A stretch of DNA of 38,535 nucleotides, from IMG/VR virus record IMGVR_UViG_2874968258_000008, one strand, 5' to 3'. The stretch is from a virus. Its lineage: Duplodnaviria; Heunggongvirae; Uroviricota; Caudoviricetes. Below are positions 36,517-38,535 of this stretch, piece by piece (the stretch's first letter is position 1; each line of letters opens with the position of its first letter). The translations under genes and the position numbers were made by a program. A model generated the notes under the pieces. It saw only the letters and a list, made by a program, of their open reading frames with translations. It searched no databases and was not told the origin of the DNA.

Positions 36517-37494
36517 ATGAGCATAAAATCAATTCCGGGAGGGTATCTTCTTGACATGCGTCCTGAGGGGCGTAAAGGCAAACGCATTCGCAAAAAATTT
36601 AAAACGAAATCGGATGCAGTTTTATATGAGCGGTGGGTGCTGGCGCAACAGCATAACAATGAGTGGAAAGGAAACTCCATTGATCGCCGTCCGCTGTCAG
36701 TGCTTATTGACTTGTGGTGGAAATACCACGGCCAGCTAATGAAGTCAGGGCATAACACGCGCCTTAAATTGCTGCGCTTGAGTGAGGCAATGGATGACCC
36801 GTGCGTGCATAAACTTAATACAACGATGCTCACCGAGCTACGTGTGTCCAGGATAGAGCAGGGGATACAGCCCAGCACCATAAATCGAGAGATTGGGGCG
36901 TTAAGCGCGATGTTTACCGCACTCATCTCATCCGGCCATTTTCTTAACGATAACCCCGTTCAAGGCCTTAAAGGAATGAAGGTTAACGAGCGTGAAATGG
37001 GATATCTGAGTAAGTCTGAATGTGTTCAGTTGCTGGATGCACTGGCTGAAAATCCCGATGAACGGCTGGCCGTCGAAATCCTTCTGTCGACCGGGGCGCG
37101 ATGGGGCGAGGTAGCGGCACTGGAGCAGCGCCGTGTTCTTCATTGTCGAATCACTTTTTCAAAAACGAAGAACAGCAAAAACCGTACCGTTCCTATTTCT
37201 GAAAGCCTGTTTGAAAAGATCAAAAAACGGGGCGGGAAACTGGTGTTTCCGACGCTGGATTATTCATTGGTTCGCGATGTCATCAAAACGGTCGCACCTG
37301 ATGTTCCTGACGGCCAGGCTGTTCATGCGCTGCGCCACACCTTCGCCAGTCATTTCATGATGAACGGCGGCAATATTCTGACGCTCCAGAAAATTCTGGG
37401 GCACGCAAAGATTCAGACAACGATGATTTATGCCCATCTTGCGCCGGATTACTTGCAGGATGCGGTGAGGTTTAATCCCTTGGGAGGAATGTAA
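36517..37494 (+). CDS. int: Tyrosine integrase (P2 Int-like)
   Basis: 325-aa frame from MSIKSIPGGYLLDMRPEGRKGKRIRKKF (P2 Int: MAIKKLDDGRYEVDIRPTGRNGKRIRRKF); catalytic region ...HALRHTFASHFMMNGGNILTLQKILGH...MIYAH. Confidence 0.9.
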   Translation: MSIKSIPGGYLLDMRPEGRKGKRIRKKFKTKSDAVLYERWVLAQQHNNEWKGNSIDRRPLSVLIDLWWKYHGQLMKSGHNTRLKLLRLSEAMDDPCVHKLNTTMLTELRVSRIEQGIQPSTINREIGALSAMFTALISSGHFLNDNPVQGLKGMKVNEREMGYLSKSECVQLLDALAENPDERLAVEILLSTGARWGEVAALEQRRVLHCRITFSKTKNSKNRTVPISESLFEKIKKRGGKLVFPTLDYSLVRDVIKTVAPDVPDGQAVHALRHTFASHFMMNGGNILTLQKILGHAKIQTTMIYAHLAPDYLQDAVRFNPLGGM

Positions 37495-37496
37495 CT

Positions 37497-37997
37497 ATGG
37501 AAATAAAAAAACCTACAAAAAAAGAGTTATATGACTATTTACTATCGAAATATATAGAAGATAAATGCAAAGAAGAAGCTGATGAAATCAATAAGAAGTC
37601 GATGAGTCGTGTCAAAAAACATAAAGAGCGGCTGATGGAGATTACGCCAGAAATCTTCTTCCGTTTCTTGTCTGAGAAGGGGGTCTCCAGTGTCTGCCCT
37701 TCATGTGGATCGTCGCGATTATCTGTTCCAGAAAGTATGGATCTTTGCTGGGATAAAAATAAGAAACCAGAAAATTTTAACAATCTACCCCTGGAGGAAC
37801 AGAGTGAGTTAATTAAAGAGAACATAAAGCATTATGTATCTTATGCTTTTTTGGGTGATGTTAAGAGCATACCTGATATGCGCAAAACTTATTACACGCT
37901 GCATTGCCTGAATTGTGGTTACCTGAGCCTTTATCGTACGTCTGCGGTGCTGAAGTGGTTGGAGAAAGACAAAGCGCAGGATGGTGATAATGGGTAA
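37497..37997 (+). CDS. Hypothetical protein (166 aa) with two CxxC pairs, very AT-rich
   Basis: ORF starting 2 nt after the int stop; CPSC...CLNC cysteine pairs; strongly AT-biased codon usage unlike the phage core. Confidence 0.55.
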   Translation: MEIKKPTKKELYDYLLSKYIEDKCKEEADEINKKSMSRVKKHKERLMEITPEIFFRFLSEKGVSSVCPSCGSSRLSVPESMDLCWDKNKKPENFNNLPLEEQSELIKENIKHYVSYAFLGDVKSIPDMRKTYYTLHCLNCGYLSLYRTSAVLKWLEKDKAQDGDNG

Positions 37998-38097
37998 TGT
38001 AGCAAGAAATCTTTTCGGTAATTCAGCAGGTAGTGTGTCGCATTCTGAGCGTGATGTGCTTTATCATGGTGGCGATGGCGGCAGTAGTGGAGGCGGA

Positions 38098-38535
38098 ATG
38101 TCAGATAAACTTGAAAGGCGAATTGAGCGGCTCGAAGGTGATTTATCGCTAACAAGAAACGACCTTGCGACGCTTGCTGAACGCACTACAAACCTCTCAA
38201 CTAAAGCCGATGTTGGTGAGGTGAAAGGTGAACTCAAAGCAGACATAGCACATCTGAAAGGTGATCTTGAATGCGATATTGCGAATCTGAAAGGTGAGCT
38301 TAAATCTGATACAGCTAACCTGAAAGAGCAGCTCAAATCAGACATTAACAGCCTGAAGGGTGAGCTTACCGAAGCGATGGATAAACGCTTTGACAAGATT
38401 ATGGATGAGATGAATCGGCGGTTTGACAAGGTTGATGATAATACGAAGTGGCGTTGGAGTGGCATTATTGTGCCAGTGTGCACAACCATTTTCACAGCGG
38501 CGGTTGCTGTATTTGTTGCTAAATTTGTTGGCTGA
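38098..38535 (+). CDS. Coiled-coil protein with C-terminal transmembrane anchor (possibly XhlA/DUF1640-like)
   Basis: Frame from ATG 38098 with GGAGG RBS (ORF track opens at 37981); heptad-like repeats KGELKADIAHLKGDLECDIANLKGELKSDTANLKEQLKSD and hydrophobic tail IIVPVCTTIFTAAVAVFVAKFVG. Confidence 0.5.
   Translation: MSDKLERRIERLEGDLSLTRNDLATLAERTTNLSTKADVGEVKGELKADIAHLKGDLECDIANLKGELKSDTANLKEQLKSDINSLKGELTEAMDKRFDKIMDEMNRRFDKVDDNTKWRWSGIIVPVCTTIFTAAVAVFVAKFVG

Noticed and set aside
1-38535. CRISPR arrays, tRNA and rRNA genes
   Set aside because: No regularly spaced repeat-spacer array and no cloverleaf-like or rRNA-like sequence was noticed; the only structured repeats are the IS ends, the crossover sites and the short repeats reported above.

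Overview
This window is almost entirely a P2-family temperate prophage (about 37 kb) from an enterobacterial chromosome; the IS600-like insertion sequences and near-perfect gix/cix-type crossover sites suggest an Escherichia/Shigella-type host. All calls are from reading the sequence and ORF translations and comparing to protein families from memory; no database search was run. Layout from left to right: a hok/mok-like type I toxin locus at the edge; ogr; an AT-rich cargo gene encoding a 500-aa protein with an N-terminal PIN-like nuclease domain; gpD; the FI-FII-E/E'-T-U tail block on the opposite strand; a Gin/Pin/Cin-family invertase with an invertible tail-fibre segment that has been hit twice by an IS3-family element; the late genes G-H-I-J-W-V-S-R-lysBC-K-Y-X-L-M-N-O on the minus strand with P and Q on the plus strand; a putative cos region; a cargo block of three small unknown ORFs plus a ParM/ParR partition module; replication gene A and early genes; cox-like, C repressor and integrase; then an AT-rich two-gene block. 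Most worth follow-up: the PIN-domain cargo gene (candidate single-gene defence/abortive-infection function), the parMR plus small-ORF cargo at the old/tin position (possible phage-plasmid lifestyle or novel accessory system), and the IS insertion that splits the left inversion crossover site. No CRISPR array, tRNA or rRNA was seen.
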